Shown piece after piece: positions 26,658-36,309 of a stretch of DNA of 44,867 bases. The DNA comes from an uncultured Desulfobacteraceae bacterium (GTDB lineage Bacteria > Desulfobacterota > DSM-4660 > Desulfatiglandales > Desulfatiglandaceae): positions 1 to 44,867 of the forward strand of contig CAZFSF010000001.1 in assembly GCA_964522045.1 (NCBI GenBank). Direction: 5' to 3'. Position 1 is the first letter of the stretch; every line of letters starts with the position of its first letter. Made by a program: the position numbers and the translations under genes. The notes beneath the pieces were generated by a model. It had not been told where the DNA came from and did not search any database. It saw only the letters and a program-made list of their open reading frames with translations.

Positions 26658-28568
26658 TTAAACCACCTCCTTTCGGATTGCCGAAGAGGGGCAAATCTCG
26701 GCGCAGACCCCGCATCCGGTGCAGATGGCCTCATCAATTTGGGCTCTCCCGGCAATCGTGTCCCATATCAGACCGGGGCACTTAAAGACCCGGGTGCAGA
26801 GTCGGTTGCAGCCACATCTTTCCCCGAGACAGAGATCCTGATCCACTTCCATGTTGAACAATTTTTTTTGAGTTCGGCCACGAACCAGGGCGCATTCACG
26901 CCTGAGAATCAAGACCTTAACCCCATCTACGTCCTGAAGCAGTCTAAGGAGAGTCTCAGTAGTAGCCTCCACCTCAAAGGGATCTCCCACCTCTACCTGG
27001 GCCCCCAAGGCCTTGCATATGACCTCGAGATCCAGGATAGGCGCCTCATGCCCGGTGGCGGTTTTGCCCGTCCCCGGGTGGGGCTGAAAGCCGGTCATGG
27101 CTGTGGCGCTGTTGTCTAAAAGTAAGAGCAGTAGATTTGATTTGTTATAGCTGGCATTGGCAAGGGCAGGCATGACCGCATGGTAAAAGGTCGAGTCACC
27201 GGAGACTGCGATTACCGGCTGATCAAGGCCAAAGGCGTTGAGCTGGCCGAATCCCCCGGCAAGACCTGTGCCTGAGCCCATGGCGTGAAGGGTTTTCATC
27301 TGGCTAAATCCTGATGGGCCTATGCCAAGCGAATAGCAGCCGATATCCCCCGCCACGAAACCGTTCCGGCCATCTAAGGCCAGGGCATTCTTGATCGCCC
27401 AGTAGGTCGCCCGGTGAGGACATCCGGCGCAGAAGCCGAGTGGCCGTTCCGGTACAAGCTGGCCTGAAATCTCCCTGGCACGGAGGGCATATTCAGCAGG
27501 TTGCGGCTCATAAAATACCTGCAGGAGATCCTGCAATGTTGAGATAACAATATCCGGGTTAAGCTCACCGATGTCCGGAAGGGTGCCGTTGGCCTTTCCT
27601 AAAAAGCGCTTGAGACCCAGATCAACGCAATGCTGGGCAAAAAGCTCTTTTACATTATCCTCCAAAAAGGGGTTCACCTCCTCTATAAAGAGGACTTGGC
27701 CTGCTTTACTGAGGTGATTAAGCACCATCCGCTCAGGCAACGGCCAGGTTGTACCCAACTTGAGGATACCCACTCTTTCGTTCAGGTCCAGATTTGCCAC
27801 CGCCTCGAGGCTGTACATCCAGCCGCTCCCACAGGTAATGATCAGAAGCTCGGGCTTTTCAGGTCCGCGAAAAAAATTAAAGGGGGAGGTCTCGAACACC
27901 TGGCCAGCACGTCCAAGCTTCTCTCGGAGGAGCTTGTGATTGGCCACCACGGGCAGGGCGATTCGGGGTCTTGATGTATCGAACTGGGGCTTTTTCGTCA
28001 CGCGAGGGAGTTCGTCGAGAAGGACATTCCCCCGGGCATGGGATACGCGGGTGACGGTCCGGACCAGGACAGGGAGACCCAGGTCTTCGGATAGATCGAA
28101 GGCCCATTTGGTCATCGCCTTGGCCTCCTGAAATGTTGCCGGCTCCAGAAGAGGGAGATCTCCTAATTTGGCAAAGGGACGGGAGTCCTCCTCGTTGCTG
28201 GATGAAAGGGCCCCGGGATCATCTGCCACTATTAGGACAAGACCGCCCTCACATCCTGTGAGATTGAGGTTGAGCAGGAAGTCAGAGGCCACGTTGAGGC
28301 CGTTTTGTTTCATGGCACAGACTCCCCTCAGACCTGCAAAAGAAGCGGCCGTTGCCACTTCCAAGGCAACTTTTTCATTGACCGACCACTCCACATGAAG
28401 CCCGAATTCATCCGCCACTCTGGAGAGTGAACCGGTGATTTCAGACGAAGGATTTCCCGGGTAGGCGGCACAGACCTTTACGCCCGCCTCAAGGGCCCCG
28501 CGTGCAATGGCCTCGTTTCCCATTAGAAGGACGGTTTGTCCGGGCGTGTCTTGGGCAATAATACTCAT
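26658..28568 (-). CDS. iorA: Indolepyruvate:ferredoxin oxidoreductase subunit alpha (TPP-binding, with C-terminal 4Fe-4S domains)
   Basis: TPP motif SGDSTFYHAVMPALANA and C-terminal CTGCGVCAEICP ferredoxin motif. The preferred start is ATG 28568 (AAGGAGG 7 nt upstream), which overlaps the upstream stop as TGATG. Confidence 0.85.
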   Translation of the reverse strand: MSIIAQDTPGQTVLLMGNEAIARGALEAGVKVCAAYPGNPSSEITGSLSRVADEFGLHVEWSVNEKVALEVATAASFAGLRGVCAMKQNGLNVASDFLLNLNLTGCEGGLVLIVADDPGALSSSNEEDSRPFAKLGDLPLLEPATFQEAKAMTKWAFDLSEDLGLPVLVRTVTRVSHARGNVLLDELPRVTKKPQFDTSRPRIALPVVANHKLLREKLGRAGQVFETSPFNFFRGPEKPELLIITCGSGWMYSLEAVANLDLNERVGILKLGTTWPLPERMVLNHLSKAGQVLFIEEVNPFLEDNVKELFAQHCVDLGLKRFLGKANGTLPDIGELNPDIVISTLQDLLQVFYEPQPAEYALRAREISGQLVPERPLGFCAGCPHRATYWAIKNALALDGRNGFVAGDIGCYSLGIGPSGFSQMKTLHAMGSGTGLAGGFGQLNAFGLDQPVIAVSGDSTFYHAVMPALANASYNKSNLLLLLLDNSATAMTGFQPHPGTGKTATGHEAPILDLEVICKALGAQVEVGDPFEVEATTETLLRLLQDVDGVKVLILRRECALVRGRTQKKLFNMEVDQDLCLGERCGCNRLCTRVFKCPGLIWDTIAGRAQIDEAICTGCGVCAEICPSSAIRKEVV

Positions 28569-29701
28569 CACGAGGCCTCCTTGGATTCGGGTTGTATCTG
28601 CTGAATTAACTCCGGAGAGAGGGTAAGATATCCGTCCTCAAGCTCCCCCCGATCGTTAATGGTATCGATGGCTCGTCGTTTTTTCAAGAGCGATGCCTCC
28701 TTGAGATGACTCAGTTTGTCCACGGGCAGGGGCCGCGACTCGATCACTCCTTGAACCTCAGCCCGTTTGACAAGTTCCTCGCCCCTCTCTGTGCGGACAA
28801 GCACTGTATTCCACCCTTCCTCTCCTTCTACTGTCCCAACAGAGATATCGGAAAACTCAGATGTCATGTCAGGGCAAACATGGCAGCCGGGACGGATAAA
28901 GCTACGGATCTCGTCTAAAGGTATATCGTGCAATTCGTCCCCAGCAGTTATTTTCATTAGTTTCTCCGGGGGAGGGGTGATGTCGACTTTGCCAATGGGC
29001 CTGCCTCCAAAACGTTCCCGGAGGAAAGCCATAAAGGATTCATGGTCAAGTGCCCAGGTGCAAAACAGCCCGATGACCAGATCCACACGATCAATGGGGG
29101 TACGCATATCTAAGGAAGAAGTTCTCATCTTGGCCAAGGCGAGAACCATGCAGGGGAGACCCACAACACCGATCCGCTCATCCCCGGTCCAGGGTCCCCT
29201 GTTCAAGACCTCCAGGGTGGGACCGGACGTGTAGATAGAGCCGGCGCAGGTCATGATATCCTCTCTACTCCTAACAATGTGTCCCTTAGGAAGCAAGTTC
29301 ACCTCCCTCCCTGTGAGAACAGCGGCATCGATGAATCCCTCTTTGATGGCGAAATCGGTCAGCGCAGAGACCACTCCGCCGTTCTGGACCTTGCCGGCCC
29401 AGATAGAATCACGAGCCCGGGCCATCAAGACGCTGCGGATTTTCCCTATTTCGATCTCCTTATAAGGACTACCGAAAAGTTTTCGGTGAAGCTCATCCAG
29501 ATCCACCTTGCCCCGGGGACAGTAATCAAAGCAGCGGCCCTCACCAAGATCGCATTCGTCAAGTTTGACTGTCCGGCCCTGCCAGGAACGCAGATAAGGG
29601 CAAAGCGACACACAGGCCCCGCATGACACACATAGATCACGATCAAACACTCTCTCTTCTAAAGCCTTAAGCCCTCCATTCATCATCTTTTCTCCTAACA
29701 T
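28568..29701 (-). CDS. Coenzyme F420 hydrogenase/dehydrogenase beta subunit (FrhB/FdhB)-like FeS flavoprotein
   Basis: N-terminal CVSCGACVSLCP ferredoxin motif, followed by an FrhB_FdhB-like region (GVVSALTDFAIKEGFIDAAV...GLPCMVLAL). Its stop overlaps the iorA start. Confidence 0.7.
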   Translation of the reverse strand: MLGEKMMNGGLKALEERVFDRDLCVSCGACVSLCPYLRSWQGRTVKLDECDLGEGRCFDYCPRGKVDLDELHRKLFGSPYKEIEIGKIRSVLMARARDSIWAGKVQNGGVVSALTDFAIKEGFIDAAVLTGREVNLLPKGHIVRSREDIMTCAGSIYTSGPTLEVLNRGPWTGDERIGVVGLPCMVLALAKMRTSSLDMRTPIDRVDLVIGLFCTWALDHESFMAFLRERFGGRPIGKVDITPPPEKLMKITAGDELHDIPLDEIRSFIRPGCHVCPDMTSEFSDISVGTVEGEEGWNTVLVRTERGEELVKRAEVQGVIESRPLPVDKLSHLKEASLLKKRRAIDTINDRGELEDGYLTLSPELIQQIQPESKEAS

Positions 29702-29910
29702 GCGCTAAAGTCCTACGCTTTTACCTCATCTCAATTTTCGCTCTTCAGGCTGAAAGGAGGAGGCGTATTCATTGATCTTGATTGCCCACTGCCTGCAACT
29801 AAAACCACGAGATTCTTAACAGAAACATGCCGTAGAAGTCAACGAATTAAGAATAGTGGGAACAAATTACCCAGAAATTGAGCTGGATCATGAACTCTGA
29901 ACACCTCCAT

Positions 29911-29954
29911 AAAACAAAAGGTCCCCATTGAAACGCTTTCGCAATTTCAATGGG
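29911..29954 (-). terminator. Rho-independent terminator downstream of the PPIase gene
   Basis: The 10-bp stem cccattgaaa (29924-29933) pairs with tttcaatggg (29945-29954). On the minus strand it is followed by a T-rich tract (complement of aaaacaaaag, 29911-29920). Confidence 0.6.
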
Positions 29955-30013
29955 AACCCGATCCAATTATATGATATGGGACCTAATTTCAAAATAGCAC
30001 TGTTGTGTACCTC

Positions 30014-31045
30014 TTACGCAGGATCCGTGCCGCCGGATTTTTCGTCGTGAAAAACGATGGTGGCCGAAGCTTTGAGGGATTCTATATACTCTTTGACTGC
30101 CTTATCTTTCTTTTGTGCAACAAGATAATTCGATATACGCTCGCTCACTTCAGAAAGCGGAACTTTCCTTGCCTCTTTGCGGTCAAGGACCTCAATGACA
30201 TGATAGCCGAAGCTCGTTTCCACAACAGGCCCAATCTCACCAACCTTTTGGCTGAAAGCTGCTTCCTCAAAGGCGGGTACTGTTTGTCCACGGCCAAATA
30301 CACCTAACATCCCACCCTTTGATTTACTCGGACAGTCAGACACCTCAGCCGCAATAGTCTCGAAGTTCTCTCCCTTCTTATCCACTAACTGCTTCCGAAC
30401 TTCTTCAGCCTTTTCCCGCTTCAGGGCCTTGGCTGCTTTATCGTCATCCGGCTTGACCGCTATCAGGATATGTCTAACCTCTACGCTTTCCGGCATCTGA
30501 AACTTTTCCGGATTATCCGCGTAAAATGCCTCTATCTCTTTATCAGAGGGAACAGCGATATCAGCGACCTTCCCTTCTACCAACTTCTTAATCCTAAGAT
30601 TTTTACCTACAGACTCCCGCAAATCCTTTTCTGTGAGACCGATACTCTTGAGATATTCCTCAAGCTTGACTTCAGGAGGCAAGGATCCTTTCAGTTGCGT
30701 CAAGGCCTCATCGATCTCCTCATTCTTTATAACGACATTCTGCTTTTCAACCTCCTCCGTTAACAGGGCCTCCGCAATCATACTGTCCAAGGCCCGCTGG
30801 TCCAACCGGTGTCGGATCTCTGTTAACTTCTCAGGAGGAAGCGTCTTTGCCTTGGGCCCTAACATCTCTGCGATTCTCTTATCAACCTCGGCCCTTGTGA
30901 TATTAACATCATTAACCGTAACAAGTACGCCATCTTTTCCATCCTGTTGGTTTAACGCCCATCCGTTAAGGGCAAATGCCCCCACAATCAGGGTAAGAAC
31001 AGAAATGGATATGCCCTTTGCCAATGTCAGTTTTCTCTTTTTCAT
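30014..31045 (-). CDS. Peptidyl-prolyl cis-trans isomerase, parvulin type (SurA/PrsA-like), secreted
   Basis: Signal/anchor MKKRKLTLAKGISISVLTLIVGAFA and parvulin signature SFGYHVIEV. Confidence 0.8.
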   Translation of the reverse strand: MKKRKLTLAKGISISVLTLIVGAFALNGWALNQQDGKDGVLVTVNDVNITRAEVDKRIAEMLGPKAKTLPPEKLTEIRHRLDQRALDSMIAEALLTEEVEKQNVVIKNEEIDEALTQLKGSLPPEVKLEEYLKSIGLTEKDLRESVGKNLRIKKLVEGKVADIAVPSDKEIEAFYADNPEKFQMPESVEVRHILIAVKPDDDKAAKALKREKAEEVRKQLVDKKGENFETIAAEVSDCPSKSKGGMLGVFGRGQTVPAFEEAAFSQKVGEIGPVVETSFGYHVIEVLDRKEARKVPLSEVSERISNYLVAQKKDKAVKEYIESLKASATIVFHDEKSGGTDPA

Positions 31046-31154
31046 AATCAGTTCCTTTCTAATAATTGATGACCTGTGTTGATAAATCCCTCAGCTCCTC
31101 ACCAGCCTGACCCAATCTTTATTGACCCTATCGCCCCCTTCCCTGCATGTTAGT

Positions 31155-31194
31155 CGTTCAAACGTTCAAGGTTCAACGTTCAGAGTTCAGAGTT
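31155..31194. repeat. Degenerate tandem repeat of GTTCARR units
   Basis: cgttcaaacgttcaaggttcaacgttcagagttcagagtt. Related gggttcaRaggtt strings occur at ~15501 and ~23560. Confidence 0.4.
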
Positions 31195-31316
31195 ACCCTG
31201 CCTAATATTTTTTTCGTGTTATGGTTCTTCATTTTACCCAGTGGAAACAAACTACAGCAAGATTCTTTCCACAACCTTTCCTGAACATTACAGTTCGGTA
31301 AGGATTTACGTGATTC

Positions 31317-31346
31317 GAATTGAGGAATTTAAGAATTGAGGAATTC
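31317..31346. repeat. 13-bp direct repeat GAATTGAGGAATT x2 (4-nt spacer)
   Basis: Copies at 31317-31329 and 31334-31346, in the intergenic region between the PPIase gene and vapB. Confidence 0.5.
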
Positions 31347-31429
31347 TTGTGACCGGAATTGAACGGGCGGATGGAGAGTTAGATAGAAAGGACAGAGGTT
31401 GGAAGTCGGAGATCGGAAGCCTTTTTTTG

Positions 31430-31458
31430 TTGCATCAAGCTGCATTGTGAACTATACT
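31430..31458 (+). promoter_or_regulatory. Sigma70-like promoter for vapBC
   Basis: TTGCAT (31430-31435), a 17-nt spacer, then TATACT (31453-31458), ~55 nt upstream of the ATG at 31513. The TGCAT direct repeat overlapping it is a possible operator. Confidence 0.4.
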
Positions 31459-31512
31459 TAGATAGTGATGAACTATTTGTGGTTCAAATCATTGAATCGA
31501 TTGGGGGCAGAA

Positions 31513-31770
31513 ATGAAATCACTTACGATTCACGGTGTTGAAAAACCTCTCGCTGATCTGATTAAGGCCAAGGCCGAGTCGGAAGGGTTGAGCATCAATA
31601 AGACCATCAAAAAACTGTTAGAGGAATATCTTGGGGTAAAACCGCAACCTGAGAGGAAAAACCTCCTCGATTTCAAAGCCTTTTGCGGCTTGTGGACCAG
31701 GGATGATCTGGACGAATTCGAAAAGAAAACCCCAGATTTGAGGGAAATTGATGATGCGGACTGGCAATGA
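31513..31770 (+). CDS. vapB: Ribbon-helix-helix type antitoxin (VapB-like)
   Basis: Preferred start is ATG 31513 (MKSLTIHGVEKPLADLIKAKAESEGLSINKTIKKLLEEYLG) after GGGGG. The stop overlaps the vapC start (ATGA). It is small and sits upstream of a PIN gene. Confidence 0.7.
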   Translation: MKSLTIHGVEKPLADLIKAKAESEGLSINKTIKKLLEEYLGVKPQPERKNLLDFKAFCGLWTRDDLDEFEKKTPDLREIDDADWQ

Positions 31771-32177
31771 AAGCGATCATTCTGGATACTAATGCCTACA
31801 CGCGGCTTCTGGCAGGTGATGAAAACGTACTTGATATCGTTGCCTCTGCCCAGACGGTGTACATGTCCATTTTTGTCTTAGGGGAACTCCATGCGGGCTT
31901 TAAGGGCGGCACCAAGGAGAATGAGAACCGTGACGTGTTGAAGAGATTTTTAACAAAGCCCTCGGTTAAAATCTTGAATGCCACGGCAGAAACCGCAGAG
32001 GTCTTTGGTTCTGTAAAAAACCACCTTTTGCGGGCCGGGACCCCGCTGCCCATCAATGATGTGTGGATTTCGTCGCACGGTATCGAAACCGGATCGATCA
32101 TAGTCACTTATGACGCTCATTTTGACTTGGTCCCCGGTTTGAGACTGTGGAACCGGGGCATGTCCGTCAAAGATTGA
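31767..32177 (+). CDS. vapC: PIN-domain ribonuclease toxin (VapC)
   Basis: MKAIILDTNAY carries the first PIN acidic residue, with further acidic residues downstream (ELHAG..., INDVWISSH). It is 136 aa and has a 4-nt overlap with the antitoxin gene. Confidence 0.85.
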   Translation: MKAIILDTNAYTRLLAGDENVLDIVASAQTVYMSIFVLGELHAGFKGGTKENENRDVLKRFLTKPSVKILNATAETAEVFGSVKNHLLRAGTPLPINDVWISSHGIETGSIIVTYDAHFDLVPGLRLWNRGMSVKD

Positions 32178-32197
32178 CATTGGGGAATTTTCTTCTT

Positions 32198-35197
32198 CTA
32201 TTTCCCTGCAAAGGGAACTGACAATAATTCGATCAATTCCTCCCTTGAAAAGCTCTTCAGCACCCCGGGGTCCGTCTCTTTGACAATGTTGTCCATCAGG
32301 TTTCGCTTCTTCTGGATGATGGCGGATATTTTTTCCTCTAGGGTACCCTCTGTTACCAGCTTGAAGACATGCACGCCGCGTCTTTGCCCGATTCTGTGGA
32401 CCCTGTCTGTTGCCTGGTCTTCCTTGGCAGCATTCCACCACCTGTCATAATGAATGACGATTGACGCGGCCACCAGATCAATACCCACGCCTCCGGCCCT
32501 GAGGCTTCCTAAATATACCCGGCAGTCAGGGTCATTGTTGAATCTGGATATTATTCCGCCTCTGTCCCGGCTTTTTCCGGTAAGGGTAACAAAGTCCACA
32601 CCCTGTTTCTGCAGAAACATCTCCATGATCCCTATCATCCCCAAGAACTGGCTGTATACAACCACCTTTTGTCCGCTGTCGAGACTCTCTCTTAGGATTT
32701 CCTTAAACAGCTCCCACTTGCCCGACTGGTATTTCTCATAATCATCCATCCTCTCCTTCATCATGGCAGGATGATTGCAGATCTGTTTGAGCAGGTTGAG
32801 CAGGGCAAAGATGTGGATATAGGGGATGGTCTCCTTATCGTTCCGCAGGGACTGCAGCAACCCGCGTCCCCTTGAAGCAATTGCGTCCCTGTAAAGCTTT
32901 ACCTGATCCTCGCTGAGTTCGCAGGTCCTGATATCTTCGATTTTTTCAGGAAGATCCTCAAGGACTGTCTCCTTCCTGCGACGAAGCGTAAAGGGTGATA
33001 TGAGCCTGGTCAATCCCTCCTGTTTATCGCCGGCAGGATCAAACTCCATAGGCTTTACAAATCCGGTCTCAAAATCCTGGTCTGTCCCGAGATAGCCCGG
33101 GATTGTCAGGTCAAAGAGGGCCTTTAACTCCATCAACCTGTTCTCAATCGGTGTTCCGGTCAAGCCCAACTTCATATCCGCCTTAATCTCTTTTGCAGCC
33201 AAATAGGCCAGTGTCTGCGGGTTCTTGATGTACTGGATTTCGTCAAAAACGGCCAAAGCAAAGGGAATATTCTTCAACTTATCAATATCCCTTCTCAGGA
33301 TCCCATAGGAGGTTAGCAATAAACTGCTTTTACCAACGGCGTCTTCAAAATCTCTCTGGCCCCCATGATACACAACTGGTTTCAGGCCCGGGGCGTGCTC
33401 GCCCATCTTATTGTTCCAGTGGCTCAAAACAGTGGTGGGGCAGACCACTAAGAAAGGACCAACTATCCTTTCATGCTCTCGCATGCAAACCATAAAGGAC
33501 ATGACTTCATGGGTCTTGCCCAGACCCATATCATCACACAAAAGCCCTCCGAATCCATTTTCAAAAAGAAAACGAATCCACTCCACTCCTAACTCCTGGT
33601 AAGGCCTGAGGGTTGAGGTTATCCCATTAAGTTTGGGTAGGGATGCGACAGGTTTCAGTTCAAGCATTCTCTTGAACAGGTCAACCTGTTTGCCATTTCC
33701 TGTCACGTCAATGGGACTCCTGACACCGGCCTTTACACGGAAAAGGTCCATTCGGGCAAGCCCGACCCCTTTTGATCTTGCCGATGATTTCTCCTCTTTA
33801 TGCCGGTCCAGAACAGCATCAAGATTAGCCAGTTCAGGAGATTCACAATCAACCCAACCCCCGTCAGTACCGATGTAACGCTGGCCCTCCTTCTTGGCGC
33901 TCAGAATTTCAGCAAGAGAGATGAACCTGTTTCCAAAACCATATTTTACGGAAAGCCAGCACCAGTCTCTGTCCAAAGACTCAGGGCTGATCTCTATCCG
34001 GTCGAATTCTCTTATGATTTTAAGGGATTTCAGGTCCTCATCCACAAGGCGTTCAGTGTGCTCATCAACAAACTCATCAAAAAAGATAGGGACCTGGGAC
34101 TTTTTAAGCACCATCTTCACCGGCGCCCTGAACTTCCTCTCTCCCCTCCCCTCTGGCTCCAATTCCGCAAGGATACCCATCTCCTTGATATATATGAGAT
34201 CGCCATAGCGAAAGCGCTCCATGTCTTCTCTTTCAAAAAATCTTGACTCTCCGTCCTCCTGTATAAGCTGGATCAGAGGCCGGACCTCTATATCCAATTG
34301 GGTATACGAGCTGACCTTGAAAATCGATTTGAGCGGTATGGGGTGTATGGCCAGTTCATGTTGATTGGGAAGGAGGTCATCAAAAGCGGTGAGTAGCCTT
34401 TTTACCTTGATACGCGGAATTATCATGCGAAAGAGAGTTTCCTCTCCCCTCTTTTTGACAGAAACAGTGAACGATCCTGAGGTTTCCTCAATGGCAGGAT
34501 GAAAGGTACAGGCGTCAGGTCCGAACTCCCGATATCCATGATAGGCAACCCGGTACCAGAAACTCTCCTCCATAACCTGCCGTCGTGTCTTAAAGCCCTT
34601 ATCGTGCATCATGCGTTCATTCTCTGTGAGGGTCATGAGCGCAAGTCTCTGAAGAATCGTGCCCCTGCTGGGGATGGAATCCCCTTCAGGGACCTTGCCG
34701 CACCGCTCCAAGAATCTGGACCGGCCAGGCCCGTCTGCCATATAATAGAACATCTCCTCTCCAGAGGAACCGTACACCTTTATCACGCTTTTATCATCAG
34801 AACCCAGCGACTGCATCCGGACCGTCTCCGGCCGTTCCCTGCAGCCATCCGCCATGATCTCTGCACAACGGTACCAAATGCTTGATCTGAAATCATCTTC
34901 AAAGGTCTTTCCTCCGAACCTTTCGGTAACGGCCTTATTAGCCTTAACCAACTTCAGGATATGGGCGCAGGTGCGAGTAGCAGAAATAGAACAGGAGCAA
35001 TATCTCTGCCTTAAACCGGTTGTTCCACCTTCCACAAGAATGGCTATCCCTGGTCTCCTGTCCGAGGGAGCCGGGAATAGCGCCAGACCCTGCCGGTGAA
35101 ACTCGATCAGCCCAAAATCCGCTTCAGAAATGCCCGGATTGGCCCTTTTCCTTTTGCCAGTCTCTTTGGTTTTTGCTCTTCCTTTTCTTTCTTTCAT
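32198..35197 (-). CDS. SNF2-family helicase/translocase with N-terminal SWIM zinc finger (999 aa)
   Basis: SWIM CSCSISATRTCAH (CxCx8CxH). Helicase motifs LCDDMGLGKT, DEIQYIKN, LTGTPIENRLMELKALFD and DRWWNAAKEDQATDRVHRIGQ. Confidence 0.9.
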   Translation of the reverse strand: MKERKGRAKTKETGKRKRANPGISEADFGLIEFHRQGLALFPAPSDRRPGIAILVEGGTTGLRQRYCSCSISATRTCAHILKLVKANKAVTERFGGKTFEDDFRSSIWYRCAEIMADGCRERPETVRMQSLGSDDKSVIKVYGSSGEEMFYYMADGPGRSRFLERCGKVPEGDSIPSRGTILQRLALMTLTENERMMHDKGFKTRRQVMEESFWYRVAYHGYREFGPDACTFHPAIEETSGSFTVSVKKRGEETLFRMIIPRIKVKRLLTAFDDLLPNQHELAIHPIPLKSIFKVSSYTQLDIEVRPLIQLIQEDGESRFFEREDMERFRYGDLIYIKEMGILAELEPEGRGERKFRAPVKMVLKKSQVPIFFDEFVDEHTERLVDEDLKSLKIIREFDRIEISPESLDRDWCWLSVKYGFGNRFISLAEILSAKKEGQRYIGTDGGWVDCESPELANLDAVLDRHKEEKSSARSKGVGLARMDLFRVKAGVRSPIDVTGNGKQVDLFKRMLELKPVASLPKLNGITSTLRPYQELGVEWIRFLFENGFGGLLCDDMGLGKTHEVMSFMVCMREHERIVGPFLVVCPTTVLSHWNNKMGEHAPGLKPVVYHGGQRDFEDAVGKSSLLLTSYGILRRDIDKLKNIPFALAVFDEIQYIKNPQTLAYLAAKEIKADMKLGLTGTPIENRLMELKALFDLTIPGYLGTDQDFETGFVKPMEFDPAGDKQEGLTRLISPFTLRRRKETVLEDLPEKIEDIRTCELSEDQVKLYRDAIASRGRGLLQSLRNDKETIPYIHIFALLNLLKQICNHPAMMKERMDDYEKYQSGKWELFKEILRESLDSGQKVVVYSQFLGMIGIMEMFLQKQGVDFVTLTGKSRDRGGIISRFNNDPDCRVYLGSLRAGGVGIDLVAASIVIHYDRWWNAAKEDQATDRVHRIGQRRGVHVFKLVTEGTLEEKISAIIQKKRNLMDNIVKETDPGVLKSFSREELIELLSVPFAGK

Positions 35198-35536
35198 TCG
35201 ATGCTTTTGTCTTCCGAAAACCTGGAAATCAAAAATGTCTAAGATTGTTTATGAATGTATAGTGAGTTTAAGTTGTTTTAATTAAACACCACAACCACCG
35301 CAGAGATCGCAGTGACCGCAGAGTTTACGTTTTTATTGTTTCCTTTTGCTTCATTAATCGCCCGTCAGGGCTTGGTTCTGCCCAGATCCTGAGTCTTTCT
35401 TCCAGGATCTGGACAAAACCAAAAAAAGAGTCCTTTGCGATCTTCGCGTCTTGAGCGAAGCGGGCGGTGAAAAACATTCTCTCACTTACCCGCAATCCAA
35501 AATCGTGCCTGAATCATGCCAAGTCGTGATTGTCGT

Positions 35537-35758
35537 TCAGGCACTAAATACATCTCCGGCAGAACGTGACCGCAGCGACTTTCCCCTAAATGCAGTAGCA
35601 AATTTCTGCGCCCAGTTGACATACCAGATCACCATCGACTCTGCAACCCCGGAATCAACCACGGCCTCATGGAATTTCTTCCAAAACTTATTGATATTCT
35701 CCGATTTTTGTGTCATTTTAAAAACCTCTAAAACTCCGGCATCAGGCACAATAGGCAT
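35537..35758 (-). pseudogene. Tyrosine recombinase N-terminal (SAM-like domain) remnant, integron-integrase-like; catalytic domain missing
   Basis: The 73-aa ORF KFWKKFHEAVVDSGVAESMVIWYVNWAQKFATAFRGKSLRSRSAGDV resembles the N-terminal SAM-like helix region of IntI/Xer-type integrases (compare IntI1 ...EQAYVHWVRAFIRFHG...). It stops after that region. Only ~340 nt of non-coding, repeat-rich DNA follow before the next gene. Confidence 0.5.
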
Positions 35759-35958
35759 CCCGCTTTACGCCCTTCCCTGCCAAACCACTGTTGCATAGGC
35801 GAGGGATGCCGTTACGGAAACTTGCTAAATCAGGACTCATTGTACTACACAGAATATGCCACTATTTTCAAGTGCAGAATATGATAATATTGGATATCTG
35901 CTAATGCGTATACTATGTTATAGCGATTACAAAAAAATAGAATGAATTAGGTGGAAAA

Positions 35959-36267
35959 ATGAATAATACAAAACATACAATTATAACTGGCGATTCACGA
36001 AAAATGATTGAGGTTGCGGACAGTTCGGTTCATCTCGTGATCACATCACCTCCGTACTGGCAATTGAAAGATTATGGAATGAATGAACAAATCGGATTTA
36101 ACGATAGTTACGAAAATTACGTAAATAATTTAAATCTGGTTTGGAAAGAATGTTATCGCGTTTTAGATGATGGATGCAGACTCTGTGTAAATATCGGGGA
36201 TCAATTTGATCTTTCAGTTTAAAGTATTCCAATAAAAATCGAAATAATGAAGTTTCGTGAAAGTATT
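35959..36267 (+). pseudogene. Stop-interrupted, truncated beta-class (PF01555-like) N4-C/N6-A DNA methyltransferase
   Basis: Motif IV VHLVITSPPYWQLKDY, then RLCVNIGDQF. An in-frame TAA sits at 36220-36222. The same frame continues as SIPIKIEIMKFRESI (homologs as I recall read ...GRYKVIPI..EII.F.E.IG), after which similarity ends. The SAM-binding FxGxG half is absent. Confidence 0.65.
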
Positions 36268-36309
36268 GATTTGTATCCTAATGAAACCGCCAGAAATTCA
36301 GAAAAACAA

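Noticed and set aside
35298-35412. ccgcagagatcgcagtgaccgcagag repeat (35298-35323) and 10-bp hairpin ccagatcctg/caggatctgg (35382-35412), considered as terminator or att site
   Set aside because: On neither strand is the hairpin followed by a T-run (the T-run precedes it on the minus strand). The CGCAGAG-type repeat looks like generic REP-like filler. I can assign no function from this window alone.
35506-35544. 9-bp inverted repeat gtgcctgaa/ttcaggcac straddling the stop of the integrase remnant, considered as attC or MITE end
   Set aside because: It has no R/L box architecture and no target-site duplication. A single occurrence is insufficient evidence.
35451-35798. 115-aa plus-strand ORF covering the integrase-remnant region
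   Set aside because: It is antisense to the ORF that carries the recognisable integrase N-terminal pattern. Its sequence is featureless and its start lies within repeat-rich non-coding DNA.
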